Below, one piece after another: positions 15,578-23,790 of a stretch of DNA of 32,169 bases. The first letter of the stretch is position 1. Each line of letters begins with the position of its first letter. The stretch lies in NCBI GenBank assembly GCA_964514225.1, contig CAZEPT010000002.1, forward strand, positions 1 through 32,169, given 5' to 3'. Position numbers and translations under genes: made by a program. The notes beneath the pieces are model-generated. The model had not been told where the DNA came from, did not search any database, and saw only the letters and a program-made list of their open reading frames with translations. Source of the DNA: an uncultured Candidatus Saccharibacteria bacterium (GTDB lineage Bacteria; Patescibacteriota; Minisyncoccia; Phycocordibacterales; UBA9973).

Positions 15578-16789
15578 CTACTCTCCGTAATATGTTTTGC
15601 AAAATGTGTTTTTAAAATCTAAAAACCGATCTTCTAAAATTGCCTGGCGCATGTCAGCCACGAGTTTATGAATAAAATATAAATTGTGAATGGAAGCCAG
15701 TGTTCCAGCGAGCATTTCTTTAGCACGGAAGAGATGCGCTAAGTAGGCACGTGTAAAATTTGTGCATGTATAGCATCCGCAGGCGTTATCTATTTTTGAA
15801 TAGTCTGTTTTAAAACTACTATTCATCAAGTTAATAACACCAGTCGGTGTATAAACAGTGGCATTACGGGCGATTCGAGTAGCAGCGACACAGTCAAATG
15901 TATCACAGCCTTCTTCCACTCCCAAGAAAATATCTCGGGGCTCCCCGATTCCTAAGAGATGGCGAGGTTTATCTTCCGGCAGAATTTCATTAACCCATTT
16001 TACAGCAGTACTCAAGTCGTCTTTGGTAAACGATCCACCAATACCGAAACCATCAAACGGCAAATCTGCATGAAACTGAGCTGATTTTTTTCTCAGATCT
16101 TCATAACGTCCGCCTTGAATGACCCCAAACAAAGCTTGTCTTTCAGAATTTTCTTTAGACTTGTGATAATCGAGTGAACGCTTTGCCCACCTGTGAGTGC
16201 GATCAACGGACTCTGTTTGGTATTCGTATGTATCATTCGGCGCAGTGCATTCGTCGAATGAAAAAATAATATCAGCTCCAAGATTGTGCTGGATTTCAAT
16301 CGAACGTTCAGCGGTAAAATAATGGATACTTCCATCAATAATTGATTTAAAAGTCACACCGTCTTCTCCAACGGTCGCGAGCTTCACCTGAGTACTATCG
16401 ACTGACCGCTCTGCCAAAATAGTGGATGGATCAAAACTCTCAAGGATCTTGTTGATCCCTTTGCCGTACGCTACACCGAGTGAAAAAACTTGAAAGCCAC
16501 CAGAGTCTGTCATCATCGGACCATCCCAGCCAGAAAAAGCGTGGAGACCTCCAGCATCACGCACGACTTCATCTCCAGGCTGGAGATACAGATGATACGT
16601 ATTACCGAGCATCGTTTGAGCACCGAGTTCTTTGAGTTGAGCAGGAGTCACACCTTTAACAGTCGCTTTAGTACCGACCGCAATATACGCTGGGGTCAGA
16701 ATATCTCCATGGGGAGTTGTAATCACTCCAGCACGAGCATTTGAGTCCGTGCTTTTCTTGGTAATCGTAAAAGTAAGTGGCTTTTTCAT
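15578..16789 (-). CDS. tgt: tRNA-guanine transglycosylase (queuine tRNA-ribosyltransferase)
   Basis: Motifs GNTYHLYLQPG, TDSGGFQVFSL, LFGVIQGG, LLGIGEP and the Zn site CGCYTCTNFTRAYLAHL. Confidence 0.92.
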   Translation of the reverse strand: MKKPLTFTITKKSTDSNARAGVITTPHGDILTPAYIAVGTKATVKGVTPAQLKELGAQTMLGNTYHLYLQPGDEVVRDAGGLHAFSGWDGPMMTDSGGFQVFSLGVAYGKGINKILESFDPSTILAERSVDSTQVKLATVGEDGVTFKSIIDGSIHYFTAERSIEIQHNLGADIIFSFDECTAPNDTYEYQTESVDRTHRWAKRSLDYHKSKENSERQALFGVIQGGRYEDLRKKSAQFHADLPFDGFGIGGSFTKDDLSTAVKWVNEILPEDKPRHLLGIGEPRDIFLGVEEGCDTFDCVAATRIARNATVYTPTGVINLMNSSFKTDYSKIDNACGCYTCTNFTRAYLAHLFRAKEMLAGTLASIHNLYFIHKLVADMRQAILEDRFLDFKNTFCKTYYGE

Positions 16790-16795
16790 ACGAGC

Positions 16796-17581
16796 CTATT
16801 TTTGTATATACATATGGTCGAGAGTCAGGATGTTAGTTGGAAGTGTGATATAGAGTTTTTTGTTAGCATCGCGATCATCGAGCGTGATATCGCGGATAAT
16901 CCCAATCACTTTATTGTCTAAAGCGGGATAGAGTAAACGATCACCAAGTGCAGTCTCTACTTCTTTCGGTACTTCAACAATCATATTTCCCCCACCACGA
17001 CCGACAACGGTCACATCGTAGCCTGTTCGCTCGAGCCGAGCAAAGGTCTTGTATCCAGGACTAGAAAATAGAAGTGCAACTGCTGTATTTTTTTCAACAT
17101 GATCGATGACACCAATGAGCGAGAATTCATTCACAAACACAGATTGGCCAACTACAAGTCCGTCGTCCGTTCCGCTCGAAACAAGGATCGTGTCGTAGAC
17201 TGATTGATTAGGTTTTGAGACCACATGAACCAACTGCAAATTTAATAGTTCTCGATTCTCACCAAATGAACTTTCAAATTCACTGAGGAGCGCTTCTTTA
17301 CTTAAGAGCTCGTTATTAGTCAGAACAAGGAGTTCATTTTCACTCTTGAGTTTGTTTATTTCAGTAATAAGATCTTGTTTCGAGAGTCCAATCGAAGTAG
17401 CGCGTGGTGTTTGCTTGTGAATATATGAACCAAGTGAGACAAAAGGTTTTGAGACAAGCACAAAAAGCGGATGGAAAAATGCCCGCAAGATAATAAAAAA
17501 TGCAACAACAAAAACGATGACCCCATAGACAATAAGCGATGGAGACTTTTTCTTTCTTTTATTTGAGAACTGCATCGCCAT
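16796..17581 (-). CDS. mreC: rod shape-determining protein MreC
   Basis: 261 aa with an N-terminal TM, a coiled coil (ITEINKLKSENELLVLTNNELL) and a beta-rich C-terminal domain. Lies immediately after mreB and overlaps it by 23 nt. Confidence 0.8.
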   Translation of the reverse strand: MAMQFSNKRKKKSPSLIVYGVIVFVVAFFIILRAFFHPLFVLVSKPFVSLGSYIHKQTPRATSIGLSKQDLITEINKLKSENELLVLTNNELLSKEALLSEFESSFGENRELLNLQLVHVVSKPNQSVYDTILVSSGTDDGLVVGQSVFVNEFSLIGVIDHVEKNTAVALLFSSPGYKTFARLERTGYDVTVVGRGGGNMIVEVPKEVETALGDRLLYPALDNKVIGIIRDITLDDRDANKKLYITLPTNILTLDHMYIQK

Positions 17582-18605
17582 CTACTTTAAGGAGCGCTTC
17601 TTCATAGAGCGCTAAATTATCGAGTATCATTCCTGTACCTCGTGCGACGGCAGTGAGCGGATCTTCAGCGACATAGACCGGAATACCGAGAGTTTTTTGG
17701 ATGAGCATATCGAGCCCGCGTAATAATGCACCTCCACCAGAGAGGATAATACCGTTGTTCATAATATCTCCGACTACTTCAGGGGGAGTTGTTTCTAAAA
17801 TTTCTTTGACACCGTCAACCAAGACCATAACTGATGGACCGATCGCCTCTTTAATAGTGTCACCGGTGATATGGATTTCTTTTGGAAGTCCAGTGACGAG
17901 ATCTCGTCCGCGGACAGGCATGTGGTCCCCGTTATTTGAAAGCACACCTCCGAGTCCGATTTTGATCGTCTCAGCCGTCTTTTCTCCGACGAGTAATTTG
18001 AATTCATCTTTCAAATGAGCAATGATATCGATATTGAATTGATCTCCAGCGATTTTGAGGTTTTTTGATCTGACAATTCCACCGAGTGAAATAACTGCGA
18101 TATCTGTCGTTCCACCACCAATATCGATAATCATCGAACCGACCGGTTCGTTGACTGGAAGTCGGATACCGATCGCTGCTGCCATCGGTTCTTCAACGAG
18201 GTAGACTTCTCGAGCACCGGCTGATTTTGCCGCATCATAGACTGCTCTACTTTCGACGTTAGTCACGCCTGACGGGATGCCGATGACGACGCGTGGACCG
18301 AGGAATTTTTTTGAAAACGATTCTGTTTTTCGGATGAGGTATGAGAGCATCTCTTCAGTCACTTCGTAGTCAGAAATAACTCCGTCAACGAGCGGACGGA
18401 TGGCTTTAATGTGCCCCGGGGTGCGCCCGAGCATTTGCTTTGCTTCAGTACCGACAGCCACGATTTGTCCGGTCTTTTGATTTACTGCAACAACAGACGG
18501 TTCATTAATCACAATCCCGTGATCTTTTAAATAGACGAGTGTGTTAGCCGTCCCAAGATCTATTCCGATATCGTTTGAAAATACTTTCTTTAATTTCTGT
18601 AACAT
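17559..18605 (-). CDS. mreB: rod shape-determining actin homolog MreB
   Basis: Trimmed to MLQKLKKVFSNDIGIDLGTANTLVY (ATG 18605). Actin-fold phosphate motifs DLGTANT and IDIGGGTTD. Confidence 0.93.
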   Translation of the reverse strand: MLQKLKKVFSNDIGIDLGTANTLVYLKDHGIVINEPSVVAVNQKTGQIVAVGTEAKQMLGRTPGHIKAIRPLVDGVISDYEVTEEMLSYLIRKTESFSKKFLGPRVVIGIPSGVTNVESRAVYDAAKSAGAREVYLVEEPMAAAIGIRLPVNEPVGSMIIDIGGGTTDIAVISLGGIVRSKNLKIAGDQFNIDIIAHLKDEFKLLVGEKTAETIKIGLGGVLSNNGDHMPVRGRDLVTGLPKEIHITGDTIKEAIGPSVMVLVDGVKEILETTPPEVVGDIMNNGIILSGGGALLRGLDMLIQKTLGIPVYVAEDPLTAVARGTGMILDNLALYEEALLKVDGDAVLK

Positions 18606-18606
18606 A

Positions 18607-19857
18607 TTAAAAACTATCAATGCATTCGGCACTGCTCATTATCTCTGTTTCTTTCTCATTTCTTTTCTTCACTTCGACTCCGCCCTTTTCTAGGCTCTTC
18701 TCAGAGACGACGATACGATACGGCATACCGAGAAGATCTGCATCGTTTAATTTCTCGCCGATTGAAAGACCTACACGGTCATCAAAGTGGACATCAACGC
18801 CCTTTAAAACAAGCTCACTGTAGAGATTTTCCGCTTCAGTTCGAGCAGTCTCACTTTCGCCTAAAATAACTAAGTGTACTTTAAATGGCGCGACAGCTTC
18901 CGGCCAGATGATTCCCTTGTCGTCAGAGAAATGTTCAGCAATGACACCAACCAAACGGCTGATACCAATTCCATAGCAACCCATAATGATAGGCTGTTCT
19001 ACGCCATCTGCATCTTGAAAACGAACATCGAGCGCTTCTGTATACTTTGTTTCAAGTGGAAAAATATTCCCCACTTCCACGCCTTTTCTTTCAGTAAGTT
19101 CATCTTTATTGAGGCCAATTTTTAGTAAATTTTCATCAGTATAAATTTCCTTATTAACTGCGATTTTTTTTGCTTCACTGACATAAATTGTATCTTCACC
19201 CATGTCGCTCAATGTCTGGAACTCATCACTGAAACGTTCGGTAAAAATTCCTCCATCTGCATATGTACGGTAGGTAATGTCACCAAGTCCCAAACGAGCA
19301 TACACTCGGTGGTACGCTTGCGCGACTTTTTCATAAATCTCTTCATGCTCTTCTTGAGAACGTGCAAAGCTATACATGTCTTTCATGACAAATTCTCGTC
19401 CGCGCAAAAGTCCGCTTTTAGTACGAAGTTCATTTCTGAATTTATTTTGAATTTGATACACCAAAATTGGGAGGTCTTTGTATGATTGAATATACTCTCC
19501 TATCGCATCAACAATAGGCTCTTCATGAGTGAGCCCAACTCCGAGCTCAGTCCCATTCTTAAGTGATGTCTTAAACCAGTTATCAACTTTCGCATCGTCC
19601 CATCGGTCTGTTTTTTCCCAGATTTCTTTCGGCTGAAGCGTCGTCATCATGACTTCTTGTCCATTCACGCCATTCATTTCTTCTCGCACTATTTGTTTGA
19701 TATTTTCAAGTACGCGCAATCCGAGTGGAAGGTAGGCATAGACGCCAGCCATTTCTTTGTGAATATATCCAGCACGGATAAGAAGCTGGGCGTTCTTGGA
19801 TATTTCGTCCGCTGGAGCTTCTCGCTTGGTTTTGGTGAAGAGTTGAGATTGACGCAT
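18607..19857 (-). CDS. proS: prolyl-tRNA synthetase, bacterial type without the INS editing domain
   Basis: Trimmed to MRQSQLFTKTKREAP (ATG 19857). Class II motif 2 LLRGREFVMKDMYSF and motif 3 region CYGIGISRL. Only ~416 aa. Confidence 0.9.
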   Translation of the reverse strand: MRQSQLFTKTKREAPADEISKNAQLLIRAGYIHKEMAGVYAYLPLGLRVLENIKQIVREEMNGVNGQEVMMTTLQPKEIWEKTDRWDDAKVDNWFKTSLKNGTELGVGLTHEEPIVDAIGEYIQSYKDLPILVYQIQNKFRNELRTKSGLLRGREFVMKDMYSFARSQEEHEEIYEKVAQAYHRVYARLGLGDITYRTYADGGIFTERFSDEFQTLSDMGEDTIYVSEAKKIAVNKEIYTDENLLKIGLNKDELTERKGVEVGNIFPLETKYTEALDVRFQDADGVEQPIIMGCYGIGISRLVGVIAEHFSDDKGIIWPEAVAPFKVHLVILGESETARTEAENLYSELVLKGVDVHFDDRVGLSIGEKLNDADLLGMPYRIVVSEKSLEKGGVEVKKRNEKETEIMSSAECIDSF

Positions 19858-19867
19858 AAGTAGCCTT

Positions 19868-19877
19868 ACTATACACA
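19868..19877 (-). promoter_or_regulatory. -10 region TGTGTATAGT for the proS operon
   Basis: The minus strand reads TGTGTATAGT-aaggctactt-ATG(19857). Confidence 0.4.
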
Positions 19878-19894
19878 AAATAAGGGGTTTTTAC

Positions 19895-19930
19895 AAATAA
19901 AAAACAACCCGCACTTTCGTTGGGTTGTTT
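19895..19930 (-). terminator. Rho-independent terminator of the lipoprotein gene
   Basis: aaacaaccc (19902-19910) pairs with gggttgttt (19922-19930). T-run on the minus strand. Confidence 0.7.
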
Positions 19931-19957
19931 GTAAAATTTGCTTCTTTGTAGTGAAAC

Positions 19958-20614
19958 TTACTTAAAAATGAAATTATTTCTAATATCTCTATCTTCATAT
20001 GAAGACAGGGATTCAGAATAATTCCTTGGAGAGATTCCAGATTGGTTGTAATCAACAATGTATCCTATGTTTAATCTCGGTATGTAGTAAAAAGTAAAAA
20101 CGGAGTGAGAGTAATCCATGTCTTCCTCTTTTGAAACCGTATTCTTTATTTCATTATACCAATCTCTTTTTACCGTTATTACCGGGGATAGACTTTGAGT
20201 TGTGTCAAAGTTTATGTGACACGTCCATGTTTGGGAAAACTTGTACATTGTTGTGTCATCATGTTTTTCCCAGTTTTTATCCTCTGTTGAAAAAAATTCT
20301 TTTTCAACAACAAAACGGCTTTGGTTTCTAGAAGCAGAAGCCAGATAATCTTGCGTTTGCTTTGGAGTGAGAAAAATTGAATTTTTATGTTCCGGCAGTG
20401 ATTTCAAGGAAGTCACAACAGAATCATAGGTGGTTTGAATTAAACCACTAACAACTCTTTTCAAAGAATCGTTTCGTTTAATGAAAGTTGAATCTTTAGT
20501 CATCCCTTTCCTGAGATCTTGCTCAGTTAAGGGTTTTACATCACTGCAGGACATCAGCCCGATAACTGCAAAAAGAATGAAGAGTGTTGCGGTCAAGATA
20601 ATTGTTTTTGACAT
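19958..20614 (-). CDS. hypothetical lipoprotein
   Basis: 218 aa. Signal peptide MSKTIILTATLFILFAVIGLMSC with a lipobox-like LMSC. Confidence 0.6.
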   Translation of the reverse strand: MSKTIILTATLFILFAVIGLMSCSDVKPLTEQDLRKGMTKDSTFIKRNDSLKRVVSGLIQTTYDSVVTSLKSLPEHKNSIFLTPKQTQDYLASASRNQSRFVVEKEFFSTEDKNWEKHDDTTMYKFSQTWTCHINFDTTQSLSPVITVKRDWYNEIKNTVSKEEDMDYSHSVFTFYYIPRLNIGYIVDYNQSGISPRNYSESLSSYEDRDIRNNFIFK

Positions 20615-20626
20615 TGTATTTGTTTT

Positions 20627-20680
20627 TTAATGGTTACTTTTAAGCCCATCAGTTAAAACCGGCTCAAAAATAACCATTAA
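20627..20680 (-). promoter_or_regulatory. Long hairpin in the 5' UTR of the lipoprotein gene
   Basis: ttaatggttactttt (20627-20641) pairs with aaaaataaccattaa (20666-20680): 15 bp with 1 mismatch, plus inner agcc/ggct. No T-run follows on the mRNA strand. Confidence 0.4.
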
Positions 20681-20713
20681 ACAAACGTTTTTCAAAGATC
20701 CAAACTTACCTAT

Positions 20714-20742
20714 ATGATAGCATATTTATCTATATATGTCAA
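20714..20742 (-). promoter_or_regulatory. Near-consensus sigma-70 promoter: TTGACA, 17-nt spacer, TGcTATCAT
   Basis: On the minus strand, the -35 TTGACA is at 20737-20742 and the extended -10 TGCTATCAT at 20714-20722. This predicts a ~90-nt leader before ATG 20614. Confidence 0.6.
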
Positions 20743-20764
20743 GGTCGTCAAAGTCCCCTTTTTG

Positions 20765-20782
20765 TGCTATGCTGTGTATAGG
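20765..20782 (+). promoter_or_regulatory. Candidate rpsB promoter (two overlapping -10-like boxes)
   Basis: TGcTATGCT at 20765-20773 and TGTGTATAGG at 20773-20782. Either would give a ~150-nt rpsB leader. Confidence 0.3.
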
Positions 20783-20933
20783 TTTCGTGGAGAAAAAGCC
20801 TTGATTTTTATGAATTTTCATTAGAAATTAGGTATTGGAAATTAGAAATTCCTCTATTTCTCTGTAAATACGCTGAAATGCTTATGAACGGAATCCGCTT
20901 GCTCGAAACAAGCATTAATTAATTAGAAGTACT

Positions 20934-21626
20934 ATGCAAGATAAAATTATCGAGGGACTTTTCCAAGCCGGAGCACACTTTGGCTACTCAAAGTCTCGAC
21001 GCCACCCAACGGTAGCAAAATTGATCTACGGATCAAAAAACCAAACAGACATCATTGATGTTGAATCAATGTATGCTCAATTAGAAAAAGCCTCAGATTT
21101 CATGAAAGAACTCGGCAGTCGAGGAAAAACAGTCCTCTTTGTCGCAGTCAAACCAGAAGCGAAAGAAATTGTTAAAGAAAAAGCTGGAAGTATCGGCCAA
21201 CCATTCATCACAGAGAGATGGGTCGGAGGAGTACTTACCAACTTCCCTGAAATTACCAAACGAGTAAACAAGCTCGCTGACCTCAAAAAACAAAAAGAAG
21301 AAGGAACACTCGACAAGTACACAAAGAAAGAGAGAATGCTCATCGATGAAGAAATCGCCCGCATGCACAAGCTCTTCTCTGGTATCGCTGATATGAAAAA
21401 GCTTCCAGACGCTGTCTTTGTTGTTGACCCACGAAAAGAACACATCGCTGTCACAGAAAGTGAAAAATCACTTATCCCGACAATCGCTATTGCTGGAACA
21501 GACTGTAATATCGCGAACATCTCATTCCCTGTTGTTGCAAACGACGCATCACTCTCTAGTATCGCCTTCCTTGTAGAACATTTAGTCGAAGCTTATAAGA
21601 GCGGATTTAAATCAAACATCAAATAA
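20934..21626 (+). CDS. rpsB: 30S ribosomal protein S2
   Basis: 230 aa. N-terminal GAHFGYSKSRRHP and S2-type core. Followed by tsf. Confidence 0.93.
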   Translation: MQDKIIEGLFQAGAHFGYSKSRRHPTVAKLIYGSKNQTDIIDVESMYAQLEKASDFMKELGSRGKTVLFVAVKPEAKEIVKEKAGSIGQPFITERWVGGVLTNFPEITKRVNKLADLKKQKEEGTLDKYTKKERMLIDEEIARMHKLFSGIADMKKLPDAVFVVDPRKEHIAVTESEKSLIPTIAIAGTDCNIANISFPVVANDASLSSIAFLVEHLVEAYKSGFKSNIK

Positions 21627-21629
21627 TAT

Positions 21630-22403
21630 ATGGCTCAAATCACAACAGAACTTATCAAACAATTGCGAGATCAAACAAGTGTCTCAATAATGCAGTGCAA
21701 AAAAGCCCTTGAAGAAGCTGACGGTGATATGGGGCAAGCGCTCATTATCTTAAAGAAAAAATCAGCTGAAGTTGCGGCAAAGAAATCAGACCGTGAAGCA
21801 CTCTCAGGACTCTTGATCGCTCGAAAAAACGAAAACAAAGCTGTTGCTATAGAACTCAACTGTGAAACTGACTTCGTTGCTAAAAATGATGACTTTATCA
21901 CTCTCGGAAACAAACTCGCTGATATGGCCCTTGCAAACACTGTAGAGAAAACAACAGAAGATGCAAAAGCGCTTATTGATGAAGTGGTTCAAAAAGTAGG
22001 AGAAAATATCAGACTCGGACAAATCAGCGAAGTTGGGGGAAACACACTCGGCCTGTACGTCCACGACGGCCGTATTGCTACTCTTGTGTCGCTCTCAGGC
22101 GGTGATGAAGCACTCGCTAAAGATCTCGCGATGCATATCGCAGCAATGAATCCTGAATTCAAAGACAAGAGCGAAGTTCCAGAAGATATTATTGCGAGCG
22201 TCCGTGCACTTGCTCAAAAAGAAGTAGATGAATCAGATAAGCCAGAAGAAATCAAAACAAAAATGCTTGAAGGAAAAGTCGAAGGATACTTGAAAGAAAG
22301 AACTCTTATGGATCAAACGTTTTTCAAGGATACTTCAAAAACCATTGCTCAAGTTCTCGGCACAGCGGTCATTGAAAAATATGTACGAATAAGCATCGCT
22401 TAA
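21630..22403 (+). CDS. tsf: translation elongation factor Ts
   Basis: N-terminal UBA-like LRDQTSVSIMQCKKALEEADGDMGQAL and the classic rpsB-tsf linkage. Confidence 0.92.
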   Translation: MAQITTELIKQLRDQTSVSIMQCKKALEEADGDMGQALIILKKKSAEVAAKKSDREALSGLLIARKNENKAVAIELNCETDFVAKNDDFITLGNKLADMALANTVEKTTEDAKALIDEVVQKVGENIRLGQISEVGGNTLGLYVHDGRIATLVSLSGGDEALAKDLAMHIAAMNPEFKDKSEVPEDIIASVRALAQKEVDESDKPEEIKTKMLEGKVEGYLKERTLMDQTFFKDTSKTIAQVLGTAVIEKYVRISIA

Positions 22404-22416
22404 TCCATATCATTAT

Positions 22417-22812
22417 ATGACTATCTTTTTACTCAGTTTATGTGCCTTCGGAATCCTCCTTGTGGGAGGAATTCTATGGTATCAAAAAAAGAATATCAAG
22501 AGTCATACTGATGAAAACGGAAATCTCGTCGACCAAGAAGAAAATCCTTTTTCTATCAAAAACATTCATACATCACGCTCAAAAATCCAACACTTTATCA
22601 AAGAAGAAATCATGTATCTCATCGTTGGACTCTTGAAAATCTTGATCAGACTAAGGCGTTTTTCAAGAAGAACACTCGACCGCGGGATCACCAAACTCGC
22701 TTCTGTCGCCTTTCCTGAGGAGAAGCTCAATGGCCCAATCAACGAAAACACTATTTTGAGCCACGTAGAGGAACACAAAAAAACGGCCGATAAAGGCCAG
22801 CTCCATTTGTAA
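22417..22812 (+). CDS. hypothetical membrane-anchored protein
   Basis: 131-aa ORF with an N-terminal TM (IFLLSLCAFGILLVGGILWY). No recognisable motif. Confidence 0.5.
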   Translation: MTIFLLSLCAFGILLVGGILWYQKKNIKSHTDENGNLVDQEENPFSIKNIHTSRSKIQHFIKEEIMYLIVGLLKILIRLRRFSRRTLDRGITKLASVAFPEEKLNGPINENTILSHVEEHKKTADKGQLHL

Positions 22813-22826
22813 AAAATAAAGTTTTC

Positions 22827-22835
22827 TGCTATATT
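22827..22835 (+). promoter_or_regulatory. Extended -10 TGcTATATT upstream of tRNA-Thr
   Basis: The box ends 14 nt before tRNA position 1. It is embedded in an 8-bp hairpin (tttctgct at 22823-22830 with agcagaaa at 22839-22846). Confidence 0.4.
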
Positions 22836-22849
22836 AGTAGCAGAAACAT

Positions 22850-22925
22850 GCCGCTTTAGCTCAGTTGGTAGAGCAACGCTTTTGTAAAGCGAAGGTCCTC
22901 AGTTCAAGTCTGAGAAGCGGCTCCA
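22850..22925 (+). tRNA. tRNA-Thr (anticodon UGU), CCA encoded
   Basis: Hand-folded cloverleaf: acceptor gccgctt/aagcggc, D arm gctc-agttggta-gagc, anticodon stem cgct/agcg with loop tTTGTaa (anticodon TGT), T arm ctcag-ttcaagt-ctgag, then tCCA. Confidence 0.85.
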
Positions 22926-22960
22926 TTTGAAAACCCCACACGATGTGTGGGGTTTTCAAA
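22926..22960. terminator. Bidirectional terminator (16-bp perfect palindrome)
   Basis: tttgaaaaccccacac (22926-22941), loop gat, gtgtggggttttcaaa (22945-22960). Lies between the tRNA (+) and the convergent CxxC protein gene (-). Confidence 0.8.
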
Positions 22961-22963
22961 TTG

Positions 22964-23677
22964 TTATTTGACTTCTGTTTGTGCTTTCGCCTCAGCTTCA
23001 ATTTTTGCTTTCTCAGCATCTTGTTTTTCTTTAGCAACTACTATATCAGGAATGAGCTTCTCGACTTCTTCTTCAGTCTTATATCCAGTGTAGACTTCAT
23101 CTTTCACGACGAGTGCTGGAAGCTTCGTATCTGAAATTTTAAAGATTTTGATAAGCGAGTGGAGTGGTGAAAGATCAGACGTAAAATCAAATGAGTATAC
23201 CCGAAGCTCTGGATATTTCTGACGAAGCTTTGTTAGAACGATAGATTGCTTAACACACTCAGTACAATTTTCAGCAGTGGTATAAAAATAGAATATGGGT
23301 TCAACGACAATCTTACATTTTTCTTTGAGTTGCTGAACAAGAAGGTAATCTTTAATTTGGAGGAGTCCATAGTACCGTTTGAGTTCAGCTACTTGTTCTT
23401 TGTTGTCTATATTGTTCTCACTGTAGGTAATCTTCTCAGCGAGTTCATTGAGCTCTTGAGAGAGAGTCGACTGAGATACATCTTTACAGGAGAGCTCTTG
23501 GAGTAGTTGAAATTGTGTCTCGGCAGCTAAGATGTCAATCGAAATCTTATCTTGAATCTTTTTAACTTCTGAGAGTTTCCGTCCGTTCAAAAATCCTGAG
23601 AGTGCGGCGGCTGTCACGAAAACAGCAAGAGTGATAAAAAAGACTATAATATAGCGTGTAATATCTTGTTTTTGCAT
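22964..23677 (-). CDS. membrane-anchored thioredoxin-fold protein (CTEC active-site-like motif) with a coiled coil and an AEK-rich tail
   Basis: N-terminal TM, then FYFYTTAENCTECVKQ...LPALVVKD (Trx/Grx-like beta-alpha-beta with CxxC). The track ORF begins at a GTG (23704); I prefer ATG 23677 (MQKQD). Confidence 0.6.
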   Translation of the reverse strand: MQKQDITRYIIVFFITLAVFVTAAALSGFLNGRKLSEVKKIQDKISIDILAAETQFQLLQELSCKDVSQSTLSQELNELAEKITYSENNIDNKEQVAELKRYYGLLQIKDYLLVQQLKEKCKIVVEPIFYFYTTAENCTECVKQSIVLTKLRQKYPELRVYSFDFTSDLSPLHSLIKIFKISDTKLPALVVKDEVYTGYKTEEEVEKLIPDIVVAKEKQDAEKAKIEAEAKAQTEVK

Positions 23678-23790
23678 AAATGTATGTTTAGTATACCCCG
23701 ACACCTACTTTTTTACAATCATGCTTACATATAAGCAATTCATCTTTAAAAAATAACTCCAAGGTACAAATTAAGTGTGATGGTGTAACA

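Noticed and set aside
20711-20824. 37-aa plus-strand ORF (MIAYLSIYVKVV...) in the lipoprotein/rpsB intergenic region
   Set aside because: It overlaps the strong minus-strand promoter and the candidate rpsB promoter, and has no start context or recognisable features. It is most likely non-coding.
22850-22960. tRNA-Thr as a possible integration site of a mobile element or genomic island
   Set aside because: There is no integrase, no direct repeat of the tRNA 3' end and no compositional break nearby. The flanking genes have normal promoters and terminators.
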